Of a DNA stretch of 64,000 bases, positions 1 through 9,130 are shown in pieces (position 1 is the first letter of the stretch; each line of letters opens with the position of its first letter). The notes beneath the pieces were generated by a model. That model worked only from the letters and a program-made list of their open reading frames with translations. It was not told where the DNA came from and made no database searches. The DNA is from Nitrospirota bacterium (GTDB taxonomy: Bacteria > Nitrospirota > Thermodesulfovibrionia > Thermodesulfovibrionales > Dissulfurispiraceae): contig JBFLWF010000007.1 of NCBI GenBank assembly GCA_040758355.1, forward strand, positions 38,573 through 102,572, read 5' to 3'. A program made the position numbers and the translations under genes.

Positions 1-5
1 GATGG

Positions 6-1772
6 GTGAGGGTAGGCTTTTCGAAATCCACCATGAAAGAGACCGAGAACAGGATTGTTCTCAGGGGGCTCATGCTTGCGCTGATTTTTGCGGCAGGCAG
101 CAGTGTTGTCGTCTACTTCCTGATTACCATAGCCACACGTCCTCTTGCAGTGCTCTCCGGTGCAGTAAAGAGGATCGGGGAAGGAGAATATCCTGAAATA
201 AAGATAGAGCCCACAGGTGACGAGATCGGTGAACTCGCCCATGAGTTTAACAGGATGACCACTGCAATAAAGGATAGAGAGTCGAAAATAATGGAGTCCG
301 AAAAGAAGATAAGGGATCTCTTCGAAAGGGTCGAACATGCCATTTTCAGACTCGATAAAGACGGCAATATAATCGAGACAAACAGGAAGTTCGATGAGCT
401 CTGCGGCGGCGCAAATAGATTCTGCGGATTGTTCACATCTGACATGGAAGGACTTAGATTGCAAAAGGTCATATCTGCCGGTGGTTTGAAAAACGCAGAG
501 GAAAGGCTTATGGGAAAAGACGGCAATGAGCTTGTTGCTATTATGAGCGTATATCCTGAGTTTGACGAACAGGGCGCTGTCACAGGCTTTGACGGCTATT
601 TCGTTGACATAACAGAAAAGAAGAGACTGGAAGAGACTCTTGTCCAGACCCAGAAGCTGGACAGCCTCGGAATGCTTGCAGGCGGAATCGCCCATGACTT
701 CAATAATATCCTGACAGGCGTTCTGGGGTACGCATCGTTATTGAAGACCGTGGTGCCGGAGACGGACAAGATGTATAAGTATATCGATATCATAGAAAAA
801 TCCGCATCGAGGGCGGCAAACCTCGCACAGCAGCTCCTGGGCTTTGCGAGAAAAGGCAAATACGTTATGACGAAATTATCGATCAACGACCTTGTGAAGG
901 AAATGTCTTCATTCTTAAAGGAGACCTTTGACAGGAGCATAACGATCGTTGTGGATACCGAAGAAAATCTTCCGCCTGTGGAAGGGGACAGCAACCAGCT
1001 CTATCAGGCGCTCATGAATCTCTGCATAAATGCACGGGACGCAATGCCGGAAGGTGGCAGGCTTTATATAAAGACCGAATTCTATCTGCTTCATGACGAA
1101 AAGGTTGTCGACTATTTCCAGATTCCTCCGGGCGAGTATGTCCGTGTGAGCGTCACGGATACCGGTGTCGGCATGCCTCCAGATGTGAAGAAGAAGATAT
1201 TCGAGCCTTTCTATACAACAAAGGGTATTGGCAAAGGGACGGGTCTCGGTCTTGCCATGGTTTACGGGATAATAAAAAACCACGGGGGATACATCACAGT
1301 CTATTCGGAGATAGGACTGGGCACCACTGTGCGTTTATATCTGCCAAAGGGAGACGGGGCCGTGGAGGAAAAAAGGAGGGACAAAGTTATGAACGAAAGA
1401 CCTAAAAAGGGTACGATCCTTCTTATCGATGACGAGGAGGTGGTAAGGGAACTCGGGAAAGATATCCTTGAGGCGTACGATTATGAAGTGATTCTTGCTA
1501 TCCACGGAAACGAAGGAGTGCGCATGTTCAACGAATATAAAGACAGGATTGACCTCGTCATCCTCGATATGGTAATGCCTGAAAAGGGCGGCAGACAGAC
1601 ATTTAAGGAGATAAGGTCGTTAAAGCCGGATGCAAGGGTGCTGATATGCAGCGGATATGGCGAAGAGCAGTATTTTTATGAGTTGTTCGAGGCCGGGGCA
1701 GCAGGCTTCCTTCAGAAGCCGTTTCAACATACAGAACTGCTGAGCAAGGTTGAGGAGGCAATGGCAAGATGA
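6..1772 (+). CDS. Hybrid sensor histidine kinase (HAMP-PAS-HisKA-HATPase-REC), 5' end probably outside window
   Basis: H-box LAGGIAHDFNNIL, N-box NLCINARDAM, G-boxes DTGVGM/GKGTGLGL, receiver LLIDDE..DMVMP..FLQKPF. Confidence 0.92.
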   Translation: MRVGFSKSTMKETENRIVLRGLMLALIFAAGSSVVVYFLITIATRPLAVLSGAVKRIGEGEYPEIKIEPTGDEIGELAHEFNRMTTAIKDRESKIMESEKKIRDLFERVEHAIFRLDKDGNIIETNRKFDELCGGANRFCGLFTSDMEGLRLQKVISAGGLKNAEERLMGKDGNELVAIMSVYPEFDEQGAVTGFDGYFVDITEKKRLEETLVQTQKLDSLGMLAGGIAHDFNNILTGVLGYASLLKTVVPETDKMYKYIDIIEKSASRAANLAQQLLGFARKGKYVMTKLSINDLVKEMSSFLKETFDRSITIVVDTEENLPPVEGDSNQLYQALMNLCINARDAMPEGGRLYIKTEFYLLHDEKVVDYFQIPPGEYVRVSVTDTGVGMPPDVKKKIFEPFYTTKGIGKGTGLGLAMVYGIIKNHGGYITVYSEIGLGTTVRLYLPKGDGAVEEKRRDKVMNERPKKGTILLIDDEEVVRELGKDILEAYDYEVILAIHGNEGVRMFNEYKDRIDLVILDMVMPEKGGRQTFKEIRSLKPDARVLICSGYGEEQYFYELFEAGAAGFLQKPFQHTELLSKVEEAMAR

Positions 1773-1775
1773 GCT

Positions 1776-2621
1776 ATGAGCTATGAGCCAATAATTACCC
1801 CTCATATTTTCAGTGGGTTTCCTGTAAAGGCCTTTTTCACAACAAAGACATTGGACAGTTTGGAGTTTGGAGTTGAGAGTGCGGAGTTAAAGGGAAAGGT
1901 TTCCAAATTGTTGAACATATCGCCAAAGAATATCTACCTTCCTATCCAGAAACACACAGACAAGGTCTTAATCGTGGATTATGACGTTGAGCCCAAAATA
2001 GCAGACGCTGTTATTACTAACAGGGAAGACATCTTGATTGGAGTTCAGGTTGCAGACTGTGTGCCTATTCTTTTATATGATATGCAAAAGAATGTTGTTG
2101 GAGCCGTCCATGCAGGATGGCGGGGGACTGCAGAAGAGATTCTGAAGAAGACTATAAAGGCAATGATGGATAGATTTTGCTCAATACCGTCTGATATAGT
2201 GATTGCTATAGGTCCCGGCATAAGGTGGTGCTGTTACGGGGTTGGTTACGAAGTAATAGAGGCAGTTGAGAAAGTGACGAGTTATGGGGACTGTCCCAGA
2301 TTTACGGACGCCGACAGGCGTCCCCTCACCTGTCATTGCGAGGGACGAAGTTCCGAAGCAATCTCGTCCGTTCGGGGCAGGCTCCGAATCGGGACTGTCC
2401 CCGCTCCAAAGTCAAAAAACTACATAATTAAAAAGGGTGAGAAATACTGTCTTGATTTACCGACTGCAAATAAATATCAGGCACTTTCTTTAGGTGTCCC
2501 ATTAGAAAATATATGGATGTCTGATGAATGCACATTCTGCCTCCCTGAAAAATATTATTCATACAGGTATGCAAAGGGAACAACCGGGAGGCAGTGCGGA
2601 TTTATAGGGATTGTAACATGA
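1776..2621 (+). CDS. pgeF: YfiH/PgeF family protein (laccase-like purine nucleoside phosphorylase) with in-frame repeat inserts
   Basis: QKHTD, ADAVIT, VADCVPILL, HAGWRG, IGPGI..CCY, YYSYR motifs. Confidence 0.88.
   Translation: MSYEPIITPHIFSGFPVKAFFTTKTLDSLEFGVESAELKGKVSKLLNISPKNIYLPIQKHTDKVLIVDYDVEPKIADAVITNREDILIGVQVADCVPILLYDMQKNVVGAVHAGWRGTAEEILKKTIKAMMDRFCSIPSDIVIAIGPGIRWCCYGVGYEVIEAVEKVTSYGDCPRFTDADRRPLTCHCEGRSSEAISSVRGRLRIGTVPAPKSKNYIIKKGEKYCLDLPTANKYQALSLGVPLENIWMSDECTFCLPEKYYSYRYAKGTTGRQCGFIGIVT
2286..2402. repeat. Nested palindromic (REP/RPE-like) insert in pgeF
   Basis: Bounded by GGGGACTGTCCC (2286-2297) and GGGACTGTCCCC (2391-2402); 117 bp, frame preserving; internal hairpins. 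Confidence 0.8.
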
Positions 2622-3051
2622 TTACACAGATTAAAATAGATTACACAGATTATGGAAAATAGGGACCCTCTTACAGAGCAGATAATAGCATGTTGTTACA
2701 GGGTTCACTCAGATTTAGGTCCTGGATTTAATGAGAGGATATATCATGCTGCTCTTAAAGTAGATTTTGAACAGCAGGGATTAAAATACGAAACGGAAAA
2801 GCGATTCGAAGTTTATTATCAAGGCAAAAAAGCAGGTAATTTTGTTGCAGACTTAGTTGTTGAGGATAAAATTATAGTTGAAATTAAGGCAGTATCTGGA
2901 AATATTCCAGATATTTTTAAATACCAGGTGCTTTCTTATCTAAAGGCATCTAATCTAAAGGTTGGCTTATTAGTTAATTTTGGGAATAAGAGTTGTCAAA
3001 TCAAAAGATTTGTGTTTTAATCTGTGTAATCTGATAAAATCTGTGTAATCA
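2619..3051. mobile_element. Inverted-repeat-bounded GxxExxY cassette
   Basis: GATTACACAGATT twice upstream (2620, 2639) and AATCTGTGTAATC twice downstream (3019, 3038), 19-bp period on both sides. Confidence 0.65.
2652..3020 (+). CDS. GxxExxY family protein (PD-(D/E)xK-like nuclease fold)
   Basis: GPGFNERIY contains GxxExxY; ADLVVEDKIIVEIK; C-terminal GLLVNFG; 122 aa. Confidence 0.92.
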   Translation: MENRDPLTEQIIACCYRVHSDLGPGFNERIYHAALKVDFEQQGLKYETEKRFEVYYQGKKAGNFVADLVVEDKIIVEIKAVSGNIPDIFKYQVLSYLKASNLKVGLLVNFGNKSCQIKRFVF

Positions 3052-3070
3052 AGATTAAAAAGGAGATACT

Positions 3071-3520
3071 ATGCTAAAAGCAAAAGACATAATGACGCGC
3101 GATGTTATAACAGTCAAACCAACCACCACCATAGAAGAGATGGCACGGATATTTATAGAAAAGAAAGTCAGCGGTGCGCCTGTGGTGGATGACAATGGTG
3201 ATGTAATAGGCATTGTTACCGAAAATGATCTCATAAGCCAGAATAAAAGGCTGCATATTCCGACTGTTGTGCGGCTGTTTGACGCCTTTATAATGCTCGA
3301 GAGCCCGAGCAAGATAGAAAAGGAAATCAAAAAGATGGCTGCGGTTACAGTGTCCGATATATGCGTCAGGGATGTCATAACAGTTGCGGAAGACACCGCC
3401 GTGGAAGACATAGCCACGATAATGTCTGAGAAGAAGGTGCATCTTATTCCTGTTGTTGAGGGCAAAAAGGTTCGCGGAATAATCGGCAAGATGGATATAA
3501 TCAAAGGGATGGTGAGATAG
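3071..3520 (+). CDS. CBS-domain pair protein
   Basis: KAKDIMTRDVITV..GAPVVD..GIVTENDL; second CBS repeat; SD AGGAG. Confidence 0.9.
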   Translation: MLKAKDIMTRDVITVKPTTTIEEMARIFIEKKVSGAPVVDDNGDVIGIVTENDLISQNKRLHIPTVVRLFDAFIMLESPSKIEKEIKKMAAVTVSDICVRDVITVAEDTAVEDIATIMSEKKVHLIPVVEGKKVRGIIGKMDIIKGMVR

Positions 3521-3585
3521 CTGATAGCTGATAGCTGATAGCTGATAGCAAAAGACTATGAGCTATGAGCTATGAGCCATGAGCT
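3516..3585. repeat. Paired near-inverted heptamer arrays (GATAGCT)x5 / (ATGAGCT)x4
   Basis: Direct reading; overlaps CBS stop and tsaE start. Confidence 0.9.
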
Positions 3586-4027
3586 GCGGATTATTACTAA
3601 ATCGCCGTCAGAGACCGAGGGTGTTGGTTTTAGACTCGGGATGTTTTTAAAAATGCAAAGAGGCGCAACGGTATGCCTCTATGGAGACCTTGGTGCAGGC
3701 AAAACTACATTAATCAAAGGGATTGCATCGGCTTTCGGCATTCCTGAAAGGGATATCGGCAGCGCAAGCTTTGTCATAGTAGCAGAATACGAGACCACTC
3801 CCCCTTTTTATCACATAGACCTTTACAGGGTTGAGCGGGAAAATGATATCGATGATCTGGGCATATGGGAATATATAGGATCGGGTGGAATTGCCGTAGT
3901 CGAGTGGGCCGAAAGGCTTTCCGAACTTCCTGAAGACGCAATTAAAGTAAGGATGAATTATGTTGACGAAAATTCGAGAGAGGTAATTATAGAAGGGATA
4001 AATGAAAAAGATTGGCATAATATGTAA
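3572..4027 (+). CDS. tsaE: tRNA t6A biosynthesis ATPase TsaE
   Basis: GDLGAGKTT Walker A, YHIDLYR, VVEWAE. Confidence 0.92.
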   Translation: MSHELRIITKSPSETEGVGFRLGMFLKMQRGATVCLYGDLGAGKTTLIKGIASAFGIPERDIGSASFVIVAEYETTPPFYHIDLYRVERENDIDDLGIWEYIGSGGIAVVEWAERLSELPEDAIKVRMNYVDENSREVIIEGINEKDWHNM

Positions 4028-4853
4028 GATCGGAAGACCCGAGCCGGTCGAGATATTGAAGGAGTTTCTCCCGTGGCTGAGGAATAAGGGCTATGAAGTG
4101 TTTCTGGACATAGAAACAGCAGGGCTCCTTAATATGGAGGGCTATTCGAGGTCACAGATACCCTCGATGGCAGATGTGATTATAGTCCTCGGCGGTGACG
4201 GGACAATGCTGGGTGTTGCGCGCCTTGTCGGCGATAGAGGGGTTCCAATACTCGGCGTCAACCTCGGAGGGCTCGGTTTTATCACAGAGGTGAACAGGGA
4301 CGAGATATTCGAGGCTGTGGAAAAGGCGCTTGCAGGCAGATGCTCCATAGAAGAGCGGATAATGCTGACCGCTGCTGTACATCGTCATGGAGAAAGGATT
4401 GCCGATTTTGTAGTCTTAAACGATGTCGTCATCAATAAAGGGGCGCTTGCACGGATTATAGACCTCGAAACGTACATCAACAATTCCTATGTTACAACCT
4501 TTAAGGCTGACGGTCTGATCATTTCGACACCAACTGGATCAACGGCGTATTCCCTGTCAGCCGGCGGTCCTATACTGTATCCTACATTGAACAGCATTGT
4601 CCTTACGCCTATATGCCCGCATACCCTTACGAACAGGCCCATTGTCCTTCCCGATGATTTCACCGTCGAGATCATGATGAGATCGGAAAGCGAAGACGTC
4701 TTTCTTACTCTTGACGGGCAGGTTGGGTTTTCACTGAGGAAGAACGACGCCATCGAGGTGAAAAAATCGGAATTCACGACAAAGCTCCTCATGCCATGCG
4801 AGCGTGATTATTTTCAGGTCTTAAGAACAAAGCTCAAATGGGGTGAGAGATAA
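4002..4853 (+). CDS. nadK: NAD kinase
   Basis: LGGDGTML, GVNLGGLGF, NDVVI, TPTGSTAYSLSAGGP. Confidence 0.95.
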   Translation: MKKIGIICKIGRPEPVEILKEFLPWLRNKGYEVFLDIETAGLLNMEGYSRSQIPSMADVIIVLGGDGTMLGVARLVGDRGVPILGVNLGGLGFITEVNRDEIFEAVEKALAGRCSIEERIMLTAAVHRHGERIADFVVLNDVVINKGALARIIDLETYINNSYVTTFKADGLIISTPTGSTAYSLSAGGPILYPTLNSIVLTPICPHTLTNRPIVLPDDFTVEIMMRSESEDVFLTLDGQVGFSLRKNDAIEVKKSEFTTKLLMPCERDYFQVLRTKLKWGER

Positions 4854-7164
4854 TATCAGAAGTATAATGGATTGCATTAAGACTTATATCAAAAAAGCAT
4901 TTATCTATACGCTTTCTCTTTCGGTGGCAGTGTTTTGTCTGTGCCGCACTGCCGCAGCAGAATACGCTATCAACCAGACAATCTTTCAGAAAATACGGTA
5001 CATTGACGGCAAACAGGAACAGATCATCAAAGCTGTGTATACGATAACGGAAGTTAAAGAGACAAAATCCGTAGGAGAAGGGGTATTTGCAAAGAGAGCC
5101 GATGGAAAGTTCATCATCGTGAGATTTAAGGTCCATAATAAAAGCAGTAACCAGATCCCTTCAGATATATTAACAGACCTCATGCTCATCGACAATAAAA
5201 AGAGACGTTGGGATCAGTCCCTTGGCGCTACAGGTTCCATGAGGCTCGGCACCGAGAGCTTCGGGCGCATGGAAATAAGTGCCGATAAGGGAATAGAAGA
5301 TGTCATAGTATTCGACGTGCCTGAAGATGTCCGTGATTATCTGATTCTCCTCCCTGGAGGTGCAAGGGTTGCGCCTGTTGCTCAGAAGAAAACAGCAAGA
5401 CCCGAAGGAGAATTAAAAAGGGAAGTAGGTGAGATCAAGCCTTCGAAGGCAGGAAAACCTCTGGAGGAAAAGCAAGAAAAGGCTGCTGAAGATAAGATTA
5501 AACAAGAGCCTGAAAAGAAGCCGATAATCGAAAAAATAGGCGACAGTACAAAGAAAGATAAGGCTGCAAAAACCGTTATAGTCAATGTGCATACTGCAAA
5601 TCTGAGACGTAAACCGTCCCTTGATTCCGACCCTGCTGCCTCGGTTAATAAAGGTGCAGTCCTCGAAGTTGCAGGAGAATTCAAGGAGGACAACGGCAGG
5701 AAATGGTATAAAGTAAGAAAAGATGGCAAGGAGTACTGGATTATTGAAAAGATTGTAAAGATTGTAAAGGTTAAGGAAAATGGTGTCGGGGGGAAATCGG
5801 TTAAAAAATCCCTTCCAGATCTGCTTGACGAGGCAAATGCCTTTTACAGGGAAGGCAAGTGTGAAGACTTTATAAATGTCAATGAGAAGGCCATTGAAAT
5901 AGCCTCGAAGCAAAATAATCTGCCTGTTCAAGGGCGGCTGCATTACAATGTGGCAGAGTGCTACACAAGGTTGAACAAATATGATGATGCACAAAGGCAT
6001 CTTGGCAATGCTATAAATATTGGAGCAAGGATAAAAGACCTTGAACTGGAAATCCTCGCACTGATAGACAGGAGCAGGGTGCTTATTGCCAAAGGCGACA
6101 AAAAGGGCTCTGCTGAAGTTTTTCGGGTGGTCTCGGACAGGGCGAATAAGGAAATATTTCTGAATATCGCAGCAAAAGACCATATAAAGGCGCTGGTTTC
6201 CATGCAGATGGCCGGTGTTTTGTTGGACACGGGAGACAAAGAGAGGGCAAAAGAAAGGCTGGAATATGCATTGATGGTGAATAATGATTTCAAGCTTGAG
6301 GAAAATATTATAAACATCTTGAGGTCAGCAGGGCTTAAGGCGCACACGGAGTTATCAGGCATAAATGATGTGTTCGATGAGGCATGGACATTTTACGAGA
6401 AGGGCGATTATAAGGGCATGGAAAGGGTTTCGAGGATTGCCGTGGAAAAGGCAAAAAAACTGGGTTATAAAAGAGGTGTATTCGGCGGTAATTATTATAT
6501 TGCGATGTCTCTCATAAGCATGGATGAACATGATAAGGCAATAGACCATGCGCTCCTTGCCCAGGAGCTATCCGAAAAAGGCAATGACGAGGCAAGGCTC
6601 GGCATGGTTTATAACCTCATCGGCAACATCTTCAAGCAGAAGAAGTCATACGAAAAGGCCATGTATTATTACAATAAATACTTTGACAGCGTGAAGAGGA
6701 CAGGGAACAGGGAAGGGGAGGCAGTGGCATTAAGCAATATGGGCAATGTCTTGATGGATAAGGGTGAATACAGGGATGCCCTTAAATATTATGAAGACTC
6801 GTTAAAGGTCAGCCTCGAGATAGGGACCGTCAGGCACATAATTGCCCAGGCATACATGAGCATCGGGCGTGTTTTGAAAAAGCTCGGCGATTATAAAAAT
6901 GCGGAAAAGAGCATAGTCATTGCCATTAATATCTTCAGGGAATTGGGGAATGAAGGAGGCGAGGTTGTCGGTCTGTGGGAGATGGCGGACAACTATGCAT
7001 TGCAGTTAGAATACCCGTCGGCCATAAAACTCCTTGAGGATAATCTCAATCGTGCGGAGAAGTTCGGGATGAAGAATAATTTCATAGATGATCTTATCAA
7101 CAATGCTGAAAAGAATAAAGACTACTTAAGGGTTGAGAAATATAAGGATATGAAAGTCAATTAA
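4843..7164 (+). CDS. Exported protein with DUF4352-like, SH3-like and TPR regions
   Basis: Hydrophobic leader; FIIVRFKVHN..VFDVP; ANLRRKPS..WYKV (bacterial SH3); TPR-like ALSNMGNV..YRDALKYYEDSL; exact start uncertain. Confidence 0.7.
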   Translation: MRDNIRSIMDCIKTYIKKAFIYTLSLSVAVFCLCRTAAAEYAINQTIFQKIRYIDGKQEQIIKAVYTITEVKETKSVGEGVFAKRADGKFIIVRFKVHNKSSNQIPSDILTDLMLIDNKKRRWDQSLGATGSMRLGTESFGRMEISADKGIEDVIVFDVPEDVRDYLILLPGGARVAPVAQKKTARPEGELKREVGEIKPSKAGKPLEEKQEKAAEDKIKQEPEKKPIIEKIGDSTKKDKAAKTVIVNVHTANLRRKPSLDSDPAASVNKGAVLEVAGEFKEDNGRKWYKVRKDGKEYWIIEKIVKIVKVKENGVGGKSVKKSLPDLLDEANAFYREGKCEDFINVNEKAIEIASKQNNLPVQGRLHYNVAECYTRLNKYDDAQRHLGNAINIGARIKDLELEILALIDRSRVLIAKGDKKGSAEVFRVVSDRANKEIFLNIAAKDHIKALVSMQMAGVLLDTGDKERAKERLEYALMVNNDFKLEENIINILRSAGLKAHTELSGINDVFDEAWTFYEKGDYKGMERVSRIAVEKAKKLGYKRGVFGGNYYIAMSLISMDEHDKAIDHALLAQELSEKGNDEARLGMVYNLIGNIFKQKKSYEKAMYYYNKYFDSVKRTGNREGEAVALSNMGNVLMDKGEYRDALKYYEDSLKVSLEIGTVRHIIAQAYMSIGRVLKKLGDYKNAEKSIVIAINIFRELGNEGGEVVGLWEMADNYALQLEYPSAIKLLEDNLNRAEKFGMKNNFIDDLINNAEKNKDYLRVEKYKDMKVN

Positions 7165-7167
7165 ATT

Positions 7168-7920
7168 ATGAACAAGATTGACAGCTTGAAAATAGTTCTT
7201 GAGTTTTATAAAGAACTCGGCTTTGAGAGACTGCCGCTTAATTACAGCGGTCAGCAGTCAGCAGTCAGCAATCAGGGCGTTAAACGAGCTGAACCTTTTG
7301 AACGAATTACTACTGTAGGCGGTTCAAGCCGTTCAAGAAGTTCAAATAGTCACAAAGAGGCTTTACTCAAGGTGATTCGCGATGAAATCGGCGACTGCCA
7401 GAGGTGCAAGCTTTCCATAGGAAGGACGCATATCGTCTTTGGCGAGGGCAATGCGAATGCAAAAATAATGTTTATCGGAGAGGGCCCTGGAAGGGAAGAA
7501 GACCTGCAGGCACGGCCTTTTGTAGGCGATGCAGGACAGCTTTTGACAAGACTCATTGAGAGGATGGGCTTTAAGAGGGAGGACGTGTATATTGCGAATA
7601 TCGTAAAATGCAGACCGCCCATGAACAGGGATCCGCAGGATGACGAGATATCTACATGTTTCCCTTTTCTTGATAAGCAGATCGATATAATATCTCCAGA
7701 AGTGATAGTGTCCCTCGGGAAGATATCCGCATACATGCTCATGGGAGTTAAAGGCCCTATAAGCAAATTCTCCATTACAAAGGTCCGTGGAAGATTTTAT
7801 GAATATAAGGGAATTCCTGTGATGCCCACATTCCATCCGGCGTATCTTTTAAGAAATCCAAAGGATAAGTGGCTTACATGGGAGGATGCGCAGGCAGTGC
7901 TTAAGAAGTTAAGTAAATGA
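7168..7920 (+). CDS. Uracil-DNA glycosylase family 4 (Fe-S)
   Basis: CQRCKL, FIGEGPG, NIVKCRPP, TFHPAYLLR. Confidence 0.93.
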   Translation: MNKIDSLKIVLEFYKELGFERLPLNYSGQQSAVSNQGVKRAEPFERITTVGGSSRSRSSNSHKEALLKVIRDEIGDCQRCKLSIGRTHIVFGEGNANAKIMFIGEGPGREEDLQARPFVGDAGQLLTRLIERMGFKREDVYIANIVKCRPPMNRDPQDDEISTCFPFLDKQIDIISPEVIVSLGKISAYMLMGVKGPISKFSITKVRGRFYEYKGIPVMPTFHPAYLLRNPKDKWLTWEDAQAVLKKLSK

Positions 7921-7977
7921 AGTAAATAAGTAAATAAGTGAATGAGGTGTCAATGACTTAATAACTCAATAACTTAT
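7911..7977. repeat. Paired inverted octamer arrays (AAGTAAAT-like / AATAACTC-like)
   Basis: Direct reading; overlaps udg stop. Confidence 0.8.
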
Positions 7978-7993
7978 TTGCTCTGGAGGTTGC

Positions 7994-8488
7994 ATGAAAA
8001 CTATTTGGGCGCCGTGGAGGATGGAGTATATACTTTCAGAAAAGGATAAGGAGTGTCTTTTCTGCGTAAAACATAAGGAGAATAATGACAGGGATAACCT
8101 TATTCTTCACAGGTCAGAACATGTCTATGTGATCATGAATAAGTATCCTTATAACAACGGTCACCTCATGGTCGTTCCCTATTTCCATACATCCTCATTT
8201 GACGGACTTCCTGATACTGCTCTTTCAGAGCTTATGAAGATTACAAAGTATTCTGTGGAGTGTCTTGGAAAAGCCTTTAATCCTGAAGGCTTTAATATAG
8301 GCATTAACTTCGGAGAGGTTGCAGGTGCAGGAATCGAGGAACATATGCATATCCATATTGTCCCACGGTGGGCAGGGGATGCGAGCTTCATGACAGTGCT
8401 CGGCGAAGTGAGGGTTATACCAGAGCATATACTTGAGACCTATGACAAGCTCCATCTTATTTTTAATGCCCTTGAAAATTTACGATAA
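7994..8488 (+). CDS. HIT family hydrolase (Ap4A phosphorylase-like)
   Basis: WAPWRMEY, CLFC, NKYPYNNGH, HMHIHIVPRW. Confidence 0.9.
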   Translation: MKTIWAPWRMEYILSEKDKECLFCVKHKENNDRDNLILHRSEHVYVIMNKYPYNNGHLMVVPYFHTSSFDGLPDTALSELMKITKYSVECLGKAFNPEGFNIGINFGEVAGAGIEEHMHIHIVPRWAGDASFMTVLGEVRVIPEHILETYDKLHLIFNALENLR

Positions 8489-8541
8489 ATTTACGTTAGC
8501 TCTCCTTGACTATGGAGTTTTACCTTTAGTAGACTAATCGC

Positions 8542-9126
8542 ATGGAAAGAAAGATAATCAAGGCATTTGAAGACAGCATAAACATAAAGGGGAAATTCGT
8601 TAAGGAAAACGCATCGCTTATCGCAGAGGTATCAAAACTGATAGCCGATGCATTTAATGACGGCAAAAAAGTTCTCCTTTTCGGCAACGGCGGAAGCGCC
8701 TGCGATGCATCCCACATTGCAGCAGAGTTTGTTAACCGCTTTAAAAAGGACAGGCCCGGCTTGCCTGCTATTGCATTGAATACGGACATGGCGGTGCTCA
8801 CATCCATATCAAATGATTATGACTACTCGGAAATCTTTGCGCGACAGGTCAAGACATTATCAGAGCCCGGAGATATTGTCATAGCCATAAGCACAAGCGG
8901 GAGCTCAAAGAATATCCTTAAGGCAGTTGATGTGGCAAAGAAAAAGGGCTTAAAGACCATTGCCTTTACCGGGTTAAAAGGCGATAAGTTCGCTTCCAAA
9001 AGTGATTATGCCTTTGTTGTGCCTTCCGATGATACCCCGCGCATTCAGGAGACCCATATAACGCTCGGGCATGTCTTATGCCAGATGGTGGAAGAGATAC
9101 TCTTTGAAGCACCGAGAAAAAGATGA
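8542..9126 (+). CDS. gmhA: Sedoheptulose-7-phosphate isomerase
   Basis: FGNGGSACDASH, SNDY, ISTSGSS, RIQETHI. Confidence 0.93.
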   Translation: MERKIIKAFEDSINIKGKFVKENASLIAEVSKLIADAFNDGKKVLLFGNGGSACDASHIAAEFVNRFKKDRPGLPAIALNTDMAVLTSISNDYDYSEIFARQVKTLSEPGDIVIAISTSGSSKNILKAVDVAKKKGLKTIAFTGLKGDKFASKSDYAFVVPSDDTPRIQETHITLGHVLCQMVEEILFEAPRKR

Positions 9127-9130
9127 AGGA

